A stretch of DNA of 64,000 nt from Eledone cirrhosa (lineage: Eukaryota), in the NCBI GenBank assembly GCA_964016885.1, contig OZ024746.1:60202001-60266000 (forward strand). The letters are read 5' to 3'. Shown one piece after another: positions 41,150 through 61,659 of the stretch. Each line of letters opens with the position of its first letter. Within the stretch, counting starts at the first letter, position 1. The notes beneath the pieces were generated by a model, which saw nothing but the letters and a program-made list of their open reading frames with translations, was not told the DNA's origin and searched no databases. A program made the translations under genes and the position numbers.

Positions 41150-44100
41150 CACGGGTGTGTATGATTGTGTATAGAAGATTATATTAATAAGAGGAATTCC
41201 AACTTTGTCTGATTTACTCGTTTTATTTACAATCCTTTAAAATATATATAATGGTATTATAATGAAATAGTATGATAGAATATTAAATTCTAAGTGTTAA
41301 TTGAACAAGTACTTTCATGCTTTCGCAATCTTCAGGTTCATGATATGTGGTGACAGTCGAGTTTGCAATTTTCAACTGTAATGAGATGGGTAAATTTCCT
41401 ACCTTTTATACATTTTATACAGAGAAAAGTGGCTCCAGAATGCAAAGCCCTGTAAACTGTATTTCAACCAATCAGTGTGTAGTTTCACTGAATTACTACA
41501 GCTGATTGGTTTAAGCGTCACGGCTGGTTGAGCATGCTAACGACCAATAGTCATATCCAACGTATCAATTGTTTTGCTTTTTGAAATGATGAAAATAGCA
41601 TTTTCTATTAATCATCACCATCAACATCACTTTTATTATTATTATTATTGTTGTTGTTGTTGTTGTTGTTAGTGGTCGTGGTCATAGTGGTAGTAGAAGT
41701 AATACCCCTAGGCGTTATTATTGTTCATTTAGCTTGGGTTTGAATTTATCAATAAAATTCTTTTCTTTGATTTTTCTCTTGATTTCACTTGGGCTGTGTA
41801 ATTTGTAGAATGTGAATATTATAAATATTCCCTGACCACATGTTGCCAGGTGGCCGCTTAGGGGTATCTGACGGACATTTGGGTCTCTGATTTGTTGACG
41901 GTGTACCCGTGCACGTTCCGATAGTGCATTTCCAGTTTGACCGACATATAGTTCTTCACAATTCGGGCATTTAATGCAGTAAATTAGATTTCTGCTTTTG
42001 CAGTTCATATTTGCATTTGGGAATATTTTTCCAGTTTTTGTTTTCATATATTGACCGGCGTGTATGGATTGACATGTGCCGCATCGATTATCATTGCATT
42101 TAGATACAGTGAATGATTGGTCTTTGTTGTTAAGGTCAAACTTTGCTTTTGTTAGCAATTGCTTCAAATTTTTTGGCTGTCTTTTACTAAGAGTCAAAGA
42201 TCGATCTGTGATTAAGCCTTTTAATTCATTACTTTGAGCAATGATCGGTAGGTTTGCTTTGGCAGTGTTGAAGATATTCTGGTAACATGGGTTGTGTGTC
42301 ATTATAAATGGTATGACCAGTTCTTGGTTTCTTCTTCCTTGGGTTGTTCTAAGTTGTTGTATAGGTATTTTTATAGCCCGCTGTATGCCATTTTCTATAA
42401 GTAGAGATGGGTATTTTTGTTTGAGCAAAAATTCTCTTAGTTCTGTTAGGCGTTTGTACCTGGTATTCGTATCTTCTACAATGGTACAAATTCTTCTGGC
42501 TAGGCAGTATGGGATGTTGCGTTTTGTATGAGGTGGATGGCACGACTTAAAATTCAGATATTGATGGGTGTCTGTGTGTTTATAATATATATCCGTAGTA
42601 ATGGTGGTGTCGTTTTTGATTATCATTATATCTAGGAATGGTAATTTGGTCCTACTCATCTCTTTTGTGAATTGTAGAGATGGGTGTAGGTTATTCAGGA
42701 GGATATTGAACTCATCCAGAGTATCTAGAGATTCTGTCCAGATGATGAAACAGTCGTCAAGGTATCTCTTCCAAGATTTTTCAATGTACTTTCTAAAGTC
42801 AGTACTATATTTTTCCTCTATTTCTTGGTAGAGTTGTTGTTCTAAGTATCCCATTACAGAGTTCGCGTAAACGGGAGCAAACTTCGTTCCCATCGCTGTG
42901 CCTCTAATTTGGATGTAATTCTTTCCATTGAAGAAGAAAGTGTTGTTTTCCAGAATAAGTTTAACTGCGTCTAATATAAATGGCGCTGTGAATCTAATGG
43001 GAATCACTTCTCTATGTTTTTCCACCCAGTATTTAACCGCCTTTATTCCTAAATCATGTGTAATGTTGGTGTAAAGGCTTACCACATCAAAACTGAGTAG
43101 AAGTGAATTCGTTTCCGTGGTTTTGGGAAGATGGGACAGGAAGTCGATATCATCCCGGATGAAACTGGGTATGTGAATACATAGTGGTTTCAAAATAATG
43201 TCAACAAAATTGCTTAGACGGTGAGTGGGGCATGTTGGACCAGCTATAATAGGTCTAAGTTTTAAGTCTTTTAGGTGTAATAATTTAATGTACTCACTGT
43301 TTTGTTCTCTTACTGCCAGTTGTATTTCTTTTGACTTGTGAACTTTCGGTAGGCCATACAGGTTGCTGGGTTTCGACTCAAAATTGGTGATGTAGTCTCT
43401 TTCCTTATCAGTAAATGAGTTGTGGTATTTTGAAGCCAGGTTGTTGATCTTCTTCATGATGTTGTGGTCTATATTTGACGATATTTTATAATAGAATGTT
43501 GTGTCTTTCAGTTGTTCCTCAACCAAATCCTTGTAGTATTCAGTATCCATTATAACAACTGCACCCCCTTTATCTGCTTGTTTAATTATTATTGTTTTAT
43601 CATTTTGTATACGTTTAAGTGCAGACATTTATGATTTGTTAATGTTTGGCCTAACATTAGTATTATGTCTAAGAGGAAATTTAGACAGGATGTCAATGTA
43701 TTGGTCGAGATAGATATTTCTTCCTTTTGGCGGAGTGAAATTTGATTTATTCTTTACTAGTGATTCATCACTCTCATTATTTTTATCAGCGAAGAATTCT
43801 ACAAGACGTAATTTTCGACAGAATTCTTGGGTATCCTCCTTCAGTTCTTGGTGGTTGACTGTTGGAGTCGGTGTGAATTTCAGTCCTTTTGACAGAATTT
43901 GCATTTCATCATTGTCAAAATCTCTTTTAGATAAATTAATTATTTTAGGATCTACGTGTACAGCTGTTTTGGGTATGTTTCCTCCTGGAGTTTTTCTTTT
44001 TCCGGTTTTTGTTGTCCTGACGTTAAAAAATGAATTTTTCTCTGTTCAGGATTTATATTCCTGTTGGTGTTCGCTTGATGAACTTTTGGTCGTGATATTA

Positions 44101-44477
44101 TATTTGGTTTCGTTATGTATTTTGTCCTATTTTTGGTATTCTGTATATTATTTTTCTTCCTGTTAGCATTATTTTTAACAATCTGGGAAAATGACCTAGG
44201 TTTGCTTTCAGGTTTAGATCGTTTTTTCGTCCAGTTTCTTGTGGGCAATCTCTGTTGAGATCTTGAGAGTGATCTGGTTATTCTACGTTTTGTTTCCACA
44301 TTCCTTGTTGGTAGTCTCTGTTGAGATCTTGAGAATGATCTCCTGGTTTTACTACTTCTCATGGTCTGGTCAAATGAATACCTATCGTGTTTGTGCTTTT
44401 TGTTCATGTTGTGTGCGATAGGGTGTTTTTGTAGAAAAAGCGAAGAGTTATTACCGTAGTTCTTTGATTCAAGGTAA
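41150..44477 (-). mobile_element. near full-length Neptune-like PLE
   Basis: LSKGLKFTPT, KQADKGG, YGLPKVHK, FDVVSLY, GTAMG, RYLDD, CNDNRCGTC linker, NLIYCIKC..YVGQTG; in-frame TAA at 43629 and a frameshift near 43960; (TA)n flanks. Confidence 0.95.
41302..41340 (-). ncRNA. minimal type I hammerhead ribozyme
   Basis: TGAAC-CTGAAGA-T TGC GAAA GCA T-GAAAGTACTT^GTTCA. Confidence 0.8.
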
Positions 44478-44501
44478 TATATATGTATATATATGTATAT
44501 A

Positions 44502-44640
<139 letters not shown>

Positions 44641-44677
44641 CTATATATATATATATGTATATGTATATATATATATG

Positions 44678-44739
<62 letters not shown>

Positions 44740-44755
44740 TATATCTATGTATATA

Positions 44756-44816
<61 letters not shown>

Positions 44817-44839
44817 GTATATATATATATGTATATATG

Positions 44840-44874
<35 letters not shown>

Positions 44875-44974
44875 GTATATATGTATATATATATATGTGT
44901 ATATATATTCTAAGAAGCACCTATAACATGTTATCCATGTGCAACCATGCAGTATTCTTCTCCCCATTTTTTTC

Positions 44975-45190
<216 letters not shown>

Positions 45191-45206
45191 TGTATATATA
45201 TGTATA

Positions 45207-45309
<103 letters not shown>

Positions 45310-45380
45310 GTATATATATGTATATATATATATATGTTTATATATGTATATATATGTATATATATATATATATATGTGTG

Positions 45381-45429
<49 letters not shown>

Positions 45430-45479
45430 TCTAAGAAGCACCTAATGCTGTTATAAAATCATGGTGCTACTACAAAAAT

Positions 45480-45712
45480 ACCCAATCCACCCTTTAATGT
45501 GGTAGTGCTGGTGCCATAATAAAATGTTCCCAGTACACTCAGTAAAGTCGTTGGTGTTAGAAATGGCATCCATCCGTAAAAAACCCAGCCTAAACAAAAT
45601 GTACTAGTAGGACCTAGTCACCTCACCGGTCTGACCTCAACACGTGACAGCCATCTAACACATGCAATCATGGAAAATAGATGTTAAATGGTGATGTTGA
45701 TGATGATGATAA
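45480..45712 (+). mobile_element. degraded SINE/RTE-tail element
   Basis: GTTGGTGTTAGAAATGGCATCC and a (GAT)n end, as at 8130-8235. Confidence 0.55.
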
Positions 45713-45713
45713 T

Positions 45714-45753
<40 letters not shown>

Positions 45754-45872
45754 CCATACCATGGTGGTGATGATGATGGTGGTGATATATACATATTTAT
45801 ACTTATAAATATGTGTATATATGTCTATAGCTATATATATAAATATGTGTATATACATATATATATACACAC

Positions 45873-45915
<43 letters not shown>

Positions 45916-46082
45916 CATATATATATACATACATATATGTATACATACATATATGTATTCATATGTATATATACATACATATGTATATATACATACACAT
46001 ATATGTATACATATATGTATACATATATGTATGTATATGTATACATATCTGTATGTATATGTATATATACATACATATATGT

Positions 46083-46153
<71 letters not shown>

Positions 46154-46703
46154 CACACTCCAAATATATATATAAAGTATGTGTATATGTATAAATCGAT
46201 ATTTCCTAACGCTGCTAGTCTTCCATAGTTGTCGACAGCAGCCGCTCCAGTCAATCATCATCCGGGCCTTTACTCCGCCATAACACTCTACCAACTCGTC
46301 ATCAGCTCAAACTAAAAACACAGACACACAGATAGAGAAAGTGACACAGAGAAAGACAGACTTTGACTGAACTGAAAGGTATCGTTATTCGTTGGTAGTA
46401 ATAGCAGTAGTAGTGGTAGTATTAATAATAACTGCAGTAACAAACTACTACTACTGCTATATACTATCATCGTTATCGTATTACTTTTGCCGGGGCAATT
46501 GAAGTAGGTCTTTATATATATATACAAACATATACATATATACTGAAGTGGGTGTTTAAAATACCATTGTACTTTAAACATTAATTGAATTAGCACTCAA
46601 TACGTGTAATCAGAGTGTAATATATATATTTATTTATATATATATATTTATATTTAAAAAAAAAACCCGCCGTTTGCTTGGTTCGGTTTTTTTCTCACCA
46701 AAG

Positions 46704-46795
46704 ATGTTATCGCGGTCGATACGAGCCGAGACCCGTAGCCGGGCCAAGGAAGATATCAAACGAGTTATTAATGCCATTGATAAAGTTAGGAAATG
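46704..46795 (+). CDS. BCL7: BCL7-family SWI/SNF (BAF) subunit, first coding exon
   Basis: [30 protein letters not shown](W) matches the conserved BCL7 N-terminus; 92 nt followed by a GTAAGT donor splitting the Trp codon; absent from the supplied ORF track. Confidence 0.95.
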
Positions 46796-47310
46796 GTAAG
46801 TTTGTTTTATTACTTTATATACTATATATTTATATAGTCACAACTAACAGCCGACACACACTGGCGGTGTTTATTTGTTTTCCATGTATATATTTGCCCT
46901 TCCTCCTTCCTCAACGCAACCATTATTATTATTATTATTATTCAATTACACTCTCTCTATATTTTTTTCTTCCTGTGATCCACCTCTCCTCTCTCTTTCA
47001 CTCTCTCCTTCACATTCTATATGTTCACCTTCTCTCTCACTCTTTTACCCTGTCTCGAAGTCTCTCTCTTCCTCCCACTCTCTCTCATTTCCCCTTTGCT
47101 CTATTCTTATCTCTTCCCATTTTTCTTTGTTCATTTTCCCCATCTGTCTTTTTGTTCTCCTGTCTGTCTTCACTACTTTTATCTTCCTAAATTCACATAA
47201 TGGGTAAAATGCTCAGGGTCGCCTCTTGTGTGGGAAATTAACTGTAATGTGAAAATAGCATATAATCTATTAATATCTACCTATTTACTCTCTCTACGCG
47301 CATATATCCT

Positions 47311-47356
<46 letters not shown>

Positions 47357-48793
47357 ATTAAATATTAGACAGGAACAAAAAACAGAGAGGCAGTACAAAT
47401 GGTAGTTTATTAGTTTCACGCTTATCTAAACTTCTTTGTTTATCTGCCTTAAATTTTAATTTAGATCTCTTTTATGTAACTTTCTCTCATATGTATATAT
47501 CTATCACTTTCATTGTCACATGTTGTCTTACTCTTACTGTCTCATATTCCATCCTTTTCTCTCAAATACATTCCTACTCTATCCATTCAACCTATCTCCC
47601 TTTCTGTCTTCATATATTTATATTATGATCGTCATGTAACATCCATTTTCCTTCTATTCATTCTCTCTCAAACCCAAACACTCCCACTTTCTCTATCCAT
47701 TCTACCTATCTCTCTCTATGTCTGTGCGTGTGTGTGTGTGTGTGTGTATATATATACAATCGACCCCCTCTCTCTATATCTCTAGAATACCACCTCCTAC
47801 TCTCTCAGTACAACACTATCTCACACCAACACAACATATTTCGTTATATATATACTACCAAATAAAATCACCCACACCCAACTCTCTCTATGTATTCTTA
47901 CACACGCACACTTACCAGCACCCCATTCTACCTACCTAGGTAGGTAAAGCGGGTTTGTTTTGTTGTGATAATCACTTTATTCCACGTGTTCTTCACCACA
48001 CCACACTGTGCACTTTTAGTTCGATACATTCGCTCTCTCCTACATATACAAAATGGCTAACAAACGAAACGCACCTATCCATTAATATACACACATATAT
48101 ATATGCGTGTGTGTGTGTTCGCGTCTATGTATGTATATATGTATATATATATATATATATATAAGCACTCAATACATATATAAGTAGATAACAAAATTTA
48201 TATTTTAGAAAGAAAGGTTGACGAAAGTGACTGCGAAATTACGCTTGGGATCTGTTTACAATATATACGTTAAGACCTTCTTCCTGCTATTTCAAGCGTT
48301 AAACTAATATATTTCTACCATATACCGTTTGTTTTATTATTTCTGATTACCTTTTATATATATATATGTATATATATATATGTATGTATGTGTGTGTGTA
48401 TAAAAAAACGATCAAGTTTAAAGTAATTGGATTTTTATTGTATCGACCTGTGTGTATAATTGTTTCGACTTTTAACACAAGGCCAGCAATTAAATCAGTG
48501 CATTACTGGTATATATATAAATATAATGAATTGACGGATGAACCCCTGTGGTTGCTCGCTCTAGTAGAAGTAGCAGCTAAATCTTCGAATGCCAACCTAC
48601 TACCATCTTAAGATGACGTATATCCATTCTAAAAATGACACAATAGATGAGATGGTCGCGACTGGAACACTTTTATTCATTGTGGCTAAACGAATGAGGC
48701 TTCTACGTGGTCTCTTGACTTGCCTGGCATATCAGCCATTACTCCCTCAATTCACACTATAACAGCGAAGACCAATTTGCTACAGAAGTCATC

Positions 48794-50990
<2,197 letters not shown>

Positions 50991-50991
50991 T

Positions 50992-51172
50992 AGCACTCAC
51001 TGTAAATGAGGTTGGTGTTAGGAAGGGCATCCAGCTGTAGAAATCAAGCCAGATCAGTTCCTGTATGAGCAAGGCATGGTCAGCCGACCAGACACTGCCC
51101 ACAACAGGACAACCCGTCTAACCCATGCTAGCGTGGAAGAACGGACGTAAAACGGTGATGATGATGATGATG

Positions 51173-51174
<2 letters not shown>
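50992..51174 (+). mobile_element. RTE 3' UTR terminal fragment
   Basis: Appears identical to 39304-39486. Confidence 0.9.
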
Positions 51175-51241
<67 letters not shown>

Positions 51242-51340
51242 CATATACATATATATATATACATATATATATATACATATATATACATATATATATATAT
51301 ATACATACATACATATATATATATACATACATACATATAC

Positions 51341-51379
<39 letters not shown>

Positions 51380-51718
51380 CATACATATACATACATACAT
51401 ACATACATATATACATACATACATACATATATATATACATACATATATATATACATACATATATATATACATACATATATATATACATACATATATATAT
51501 ATACATACATATATATATATATACATACATATATATATATATACATACATATATATATATATACATACATATATATATATATATATACATACATATATAT
51601 ATACATACATATATATATATATATATACATACATATATATATATATATACATACATATATATATATACATACATATATATATATATATACATACATATAT
51701 ATATACATACATATATAT

Positions 51719-51759
<41 letters not shown>

Positions 51760-51763
<4 letters not shown>

Positions 51764-53379
51764 TAACGGAGGAGGATGTGGTGTACGCCATTGATGAAAT
51801 TAGAACAGACTCGGCTGCTGGACCTGATGGATTCCCAGCAGTTCTCCTAAAAATATGTAAGCGGGCCTTAGCAACTCCACTGAAGATGCTCTTCAGAAGC
51901 TCCTTGGCTAGCGGTGTACTACCCAGGGAGCTGAAAGAAGGCACAATATGCCCTATCCATAAAGGAGGTAGTAGAGTGGAGGCCAAGAACTATAGGCCAG
52001 TCTCCCTGACGTCGCATATCAGTAAGGTCATGGAGCGAGTTGTCAGAAAGAAACTAATCACTTTCCTCGAAGAAAATGACCGCCTGACTAGCACGCAACA
52101 TGGCTTCCGCCCAGGAAGAAGCTGCCTTACACAGCTGCTACATCACTACGACTGGGTACTGAGACAACTACTAGACAGCTCACATGTAGACGTGATATAT
52201 CTTGACTTTGCGAAGGCCTTTGACAAGGTCGACCACGGAATGATATGTCACAAACTACACGGACTCGGCATAACTGGAAAAGTAGGTGAGTGGCTGCATG
52301 GCTTCCTAAGGGACAGAAGCCAGGCAGTCGCAGCAAATGGGGCCCTCTCGAGGGAAACACCGATAACAAGTGGGGTGCCTCAGGGGACAGTCCTGGGACC
52401 ACTACTGTTTTTGGTGGCTCTCTCGGACATGCCCTCTGTGGTGCATGCAACAACATCCCTCACTAGCTATGCTGATGACACTAAGGTAGCACAGGCAATC
52501 AAAAACCCGGCTGACGCTGCCCTCTTACAGCAGGATCTGGATGCCATATACAGATGGGCGGAAGAAAACAACATGCAGTTTAATGCTGGCAAATTCCAAG
52601 CCCTACAATACAAACCTGCAAACACAAATATAGCGGAACACAGCTACACAGGACCAGGAGGGACCGATATCCCCGTGTCAAAATCGATACGAGACCTGGG
52701 CATAGACATGAGCGATGATGCATCTTTTTCTTCACACATCATGAAGGTGGCGACAGCATGTAGACGATTCGCTGGCTGGATCTTGAGGACTTTCCTTACA
52801 AGAGATCGAGACACCATGTTGACACTGTGGAGGACTTTTGTCCTAAGCCACCTGGACTACTGCTCCCAGCTGTGGTCACCCCATAGTGTCAAACTAACCA
52901 CGGAGCTTGAGGCAATCCAGCGAAGCTACACCAAGAGGATTGCCAAGATGAGGGAGACAAGCTACTGGGAGAGGCTGAAGGAACTGAACCTCTACTCCTT
53001 GGAGCGAAGACGGGAGAGATACGCAGTGATCTACATGTGGAAAATCCTGGAGGGACTAGCACCAAACTTTGGCATTGGGAGCTGGACCAACCGTCGAACA
53101 GGACGTCACTGTGTGGTGCCAAAGGTCCCGTCTTCCACATCTAGAATAAGGAGCAGGTATTGCAATAGCCTGGGATTCAAGGGCCCTCAACTCTTCAACA
53201 GGCTGCCGAGGCATCTGCGAGACTTGCATGACGTGGAGGTGGATGTCTTTAAGAAACATCTCGACACCTTGTTATCCAGGATCCCGGATGAGCCCACAGC
53301 AAGACACGAGGGAAACCTAAGGGCAGCAGCAACAAACTCCCTCCTACACCAGTGGCCGACCTATACAGGCTGGAGATAA
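51760..53379 (+). mobile_element. 5'-truncated CR1/L2-group LINE, uninterrupted RT ORF (533 aa)
   Basis: [42 protein letters not shown]. Confidence 0.92.
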
Positions 53380-53639
53380 AATGTGTAGCAACAAGGGCCG
53401 CCATTAAAACCCACCCAACAGTCCGACAGAAAGTTGTAACTTTAAAATTTTGCTTAGAGAAGTAAAAGAGTAATGGTTGATAGCTACAAGGGAGATAGAA
53501 AGAGAGAGGAAGGAAGGTCGATATTAATGTCACACCACAGTCGGGCCAGGAGTGGCGCGACAAAATTTTCACAAGGACTCGCATCTTAGCAGAGGTGAAT
53601 ATATTGGGGGTCAGTGTGTTACAATGTTTAGACTTATAG

Positions 53640-53945
53640 GATGAAGTTGAGAACTTGATTTACGCAATAACTTGCGGTGGGTGCAAACACAACTACATAG
53701 GACAGACGGGCACCTCATTACGCAAAAGAATGACCATCCACCGCCAACAAATCCGGGACGCTAACACAAGAAAAATCCCCTTGAGCAGCCATATTGCGAA
53801 CTGCGCAGGAATGACACTACCCAACTTTAAAATCTTCCCCTTCTACAAGTGCTCAGATTCGTTCACACAGCAACAAAGAATAAACAAAGAAAATCTATTC
53901 TTCAACAAATTTAAACCAAAACTAAACGGGTTATCACCCCAATAG
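53640..53945 (+). mobile_element. Neptune-like PLE GIY-YIG fragment
   Basis: NLIYAITCGGC..YIGQTG..HRQQIRD..IPLS, paralogous to 41718-42000. Confidence 0.85.
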
Positions 53946-54336
53946 AATTGTCATAAAATATAAACACACATACGCACGGAATCACTACTATTAAAGACCA
54001 GAGACCAATTCTGTAGAATCAGGTTTATTCATTGACAGACCATGCCTTTGTGTGACCAACACATCCATGTTAAACCCTGCACGTGCACACACACATATCT
54101 ATATATATATGCGCACACAGAATTCACCACTGTCGGTTGCGGGGCCCAATCTACATGAAGAACTCAATGTGATCAGAATGACTTCTATTTTAATTTCACT
54201 GCCCCAACTTCTTATATTATGGAAAAAATATATGTGTCTGTATGTATATATATATATATATATATTTGAAGGCCATTTCTCTGTGTGTGGGTGTATGTAT
54301 GTGTATATGTGTGTGTGTGTGTATGTATGTGTGAGG

Positions 54337-54422
<86 letters not shown>

Positions 54423-54431
54423 GTATATATG

Positions 54432-54464
<33 letters not shown>

Positions 54465-54617
54465 GTATATATGTATATATATATATATGTATATATGTAT
54501 ATATGTATATATATATGTATATATGTATATATATGTATATATGTATATATATGTATATATATGTATATATGTATATGTATGTATATATGTATATGTATGT
54601 ATATATGTATATGTATG

Positions 54618-54666
<49 letters not shown>

Positions 54667-54689
54667 GTATATATGTATATATATATATG

Positions 54690-54758
<69 letters not shown>

Positions 54759-54801
54759 GTATATATATATATGTATATATATATATGTATATATATATAT
54801 G

Positions 54802-54846
<45 letters not shown>

Positions 54847-55139
54847 GTATATATATGTATATATATATGTATATATATGTATATATATATGTATATATAT
54901 ATGTATATATATGTATATATATATGTATATATATGTATATGTATATATGTATATATATATATATGTATATATGTATATATATGTATATATATATATATGT
55001 ATATATATATATGTATATATGTATATATATGTATATATATATATGTATATATATGTATATATATATATATGTATATATGTATATGTATATATGTATATAT
55101 ATGTATATGTATATATGTATATATATATATATGTATATG

Positions 55140-55170
<31 letters not shown>

Positions 55171-55195
55171 GTATATATATATATGTATGTATATG

Positions 55196-55228
<33 letters not shown>

Positions 55229-55293
55229 GTATATATATATATGTATATATATGTATATATATATATATGTATATATGTATATATGTATATATG

Positions 55294-55324
<31 letters not shown>

Positions 55325-55405
55325 GTATATATATATGTATATATATATATATATGTATATATGTATATATGTATATATATATATATATGTATATATGTAT
55401 ATATG

Positions 55406-55452
<47 letters not shown>

Positions 55453-55519
55453 GTATATGTATATATGTATATATATGTATATATATATATATGTATATAT
55501 GTATATATGTATATATATG

Positions 55520-55566
<47 letters not shown>

Positions 55567-55621
55567 GTATATGTATATATGTATATATATGTATATGTAT
55601 ATGTATATATATTTATATATG

Positions 55622-55670
<49 letters not shown>

Positions 55671-55707
55671 ATATATGTATGTATATATATGTATATGTAT
55701 ATATATG

Positions 55708-56399
55708 TATAGCGATTAGGTCTTCAAAATGTTTATTATAAACATACAGAATATTTTCGAATATTCTATGTCTATATTCACATATATATCGCTATTTCAG
55801 AGCATTTATTCCAATTTCTAATTTCTGCCGGACCGGCAACCGCTCTTTCAAACCAGTTCCTGTACACAGCTAAGTATTCTATAAGTCTCTAGCTGTGTCA
55901 TTCTCGATAAAAGCACTGGATATGTAGTCCTGATGATTTCTAACAAGAATGAAACGCGTAGATTACTTCCCTTGCTTTTATCGAGAATCTAATTGTAATA
56001 CGTGACGTATTCTATTCTATAGCGATTAGGTCTTCAAAATGTTTATTATAAACATACAGAATATTTTCGAATATTCTATGTCTATATTCACATATATATC
56101 GCTATTTCAGAGCATTTATTCCAATTTCTAATTTCTGCCGGACCGGCAACCGCTCTTTCAAACCAGTTCCTGTACACAGCTAAGTATTCTATAAGTCTCT
56201 AGCTGTGTCATTCTCGATAAAAGCACTGGATATGTAGTCCTGATGATTTCTAACAAGAATGAAACGCGTAGATTACTTCCCTTGCTTTTATCGAGAATCT
56301 AATTGTAATACGTGACGTATTCTATTCTATAGCGATTAGGTCTTCAAAATGTTTATTATAAACATACAGAATATTTTCGAATATTCTATGTCTATATTC
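55708..56399 (+). mobile_element. retrozyme-like tandem array, 310-bp unit x2.2
   Basis: Units at 55708, 56018 and 56328, apparently identical; HHR in each complete unit; long (TA)n flanks. Confidence 0.85.
55924..55966 (+). ncRNA. minimal type I hammerhead (repeated at 56234-56276)
   Basis: GTAGTC-CTGATGA-T TTCT AACA AGAA T-GAAACGCGTA^GATTAC. Confidence 0.85.
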
Positions 56400-58994
<2,595 letters not shown>

Positions 58995-60174
58995 CATCGT
59001 TCCTGTGTCAGTGTTGAACAAAAAGGTGACGTGGTTGCCTTAACACCGTATGGCATAAATTCAGGCTGTTCAGTTTGTTTACAAACGAACAAAGCGACGT
59101 TAGCGCCGCTAAACTGATACGTGCATATATGTATGTGTACCTGTATGCATATGTATATATATATGTATATATATATATATATGTGCATGCTACTGTACGT
59201 CTGTATACATATATGTATGTACGTATACATGCATACTTACATTTAAGTAAGTGCCATACTAAGAGTGAGAAATGAAATTTCGTTTTCATTTTGTTTCAAT
59301 TTATCGTTTTCGGTATGCCTGACCGATTTAACTCACTCAATATGCAAATTAGGCTGCTCAGCCGTTAATTTTCATAAGGAAAGTATATACTTTCGAACGT
59401 TCAACTATCTGGCAGATGGGTAAACGGTGCTGATGATAGCTAACAAGCTTGAAACTAGTACATCGTTCCTGTGTCAGTGTTGAACAAAAAGGTGACGTGG
59501 TTGCCTTAACACCGTATGGCATAAATTCAGGCTGTTCAGTTTGTTTACAAACGAACAAAGCGACGTTAGCGCCGCTAAACTGATACGTGCATATATGTAT
59601 GTGTACCTGTATGCATATGTATATATATATGTATATATATATATATATGTGCATGCTACTGTACGTCTGTATACATATATGTATGTACGTATACATGCAT
59701 ACTTACATTTAAGTAAGTGCCATACTAAGAGTGAGAAATGAAATTTCGTTTTCATTTTGTTTCAATTTATCGTTTTCGGTATGCCTGACCGATTTAACTC
59801 ACTCAATATGCAAATTAGGCTGCTCAGCCGTTAATTTTCATAAGGAAAGTATATACTTTCGAACGTTCAACTATCTGGCAGATGGGTAAACGGTGCTGAT
59901 GATAGCTAACAAGCTTGAAACTAGTACATCGTTCCTGTGTCAGTGTTGAACAAAAAGGTGACGTGGTTGCCTTAACACCGTATGGCATAAATTCAGGCTG
60001 TTCAGTTTGTTTACAAACGAACAAAGCGACGTTAGCGCCGCTAAACTGATACGTGCATATATGTATGTGTACCTGTATGCATATGTATATATATATGTAT
60101 ATATATATATATATGTGCATGCTACTGTACGTCTGTATACATATATGTATGTACGTATACATGCATACTTACAT
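58995..60174 (+). mobile_element. retrozyme-like tandem array, 466-bp unit x2.5
   Basis: Units at 58995, 59461 and 59927; the HHR spans the unit junction. Confidence 0.85.
59423..59467 (+). ncRNA. minimal type I hammerhead (repeated at 59889-59933)
   Basis: AACGGTG-CTGATGA-T AGCT AACA AGCT T-GAAACTAGTA^CATCGTT. Confidence 0.88.
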
Positions 60175-60177
60175 ATG

Positions 60178-60287
<110 letters not shown>

Positions 60288-60325
60288 CATATGTATATAT
60301 ATGTATATATATATATATACATATG

Positions 60326-60363
<38 letters not shown>

Positions 60364-60393
60364 CATATGTATATATATATATATATACATATG

Positions 60394-60449
<56 letters not shown>

Positions 60450-60455
60450 CATATG

Positions 60456-60511
<56 letters not shown>

Positions 60512-60552
60512 CATATGTATATATATATATATACATATGTATATATATATAC

Positions 60553-60603
<51 letters not shown>

Positions 60604-60609
60604 CATATG

Positions 60610-60738
<129 letters not shown>

Positions 60739-60740
60739 GG

Positions 60741-60807
<67 letters not shown>

Positions 60808-60810
60808 TGG

Positions 60811-61011
<201 letters not shown>

Positions 61012-61041
61012 CATATGTATATATATATATATATACATATG

Positions 61042-61079
<38 letters not shown>

Positions 61080-61109
61080 CATATGTGTATATATATATAT
61101 ATACATATG

Positions 61110-61201
<92 letters not shown>

Positions 61202-61659
61202 TATGTATGTATATATATATATATACATATGTATATATATATATATATATACATATGTATATATATATATATATACATATGTATATATATATATATATAC
61301 ATATGTATATATATATATATATACATATGTGTATATATATATATATACATATGTATATATATATATATATACATATACGTATGTATATATATATACATAT
61401 GTATATATATATATATATACATATACGTATGTATATATATATATATATGTATGTATATATATATATATATACATATGTGTATATATATATATATATACAT
61501 ATGTGTATATATATATATATATACATATGTGTGTATATATATATATATATACATATGTGTATATATATATATATATATACGTGTGTGTATATATATATAT
61601 ATATACGTGTGTATATATATATATATATGTATGTATATATATATATATACGTATGTATA

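Noticed and set aside
46198-46310. CTGATGA...GAAA on minus as a hammerhead
   Set aside because: Stems I and II do not pair.
53946-54260. Expected hammerhead in the 3' UTR of the GIY-YIG fragment
   Set aside because: No intact CTGANGA/GAAA pair with stems could be found.
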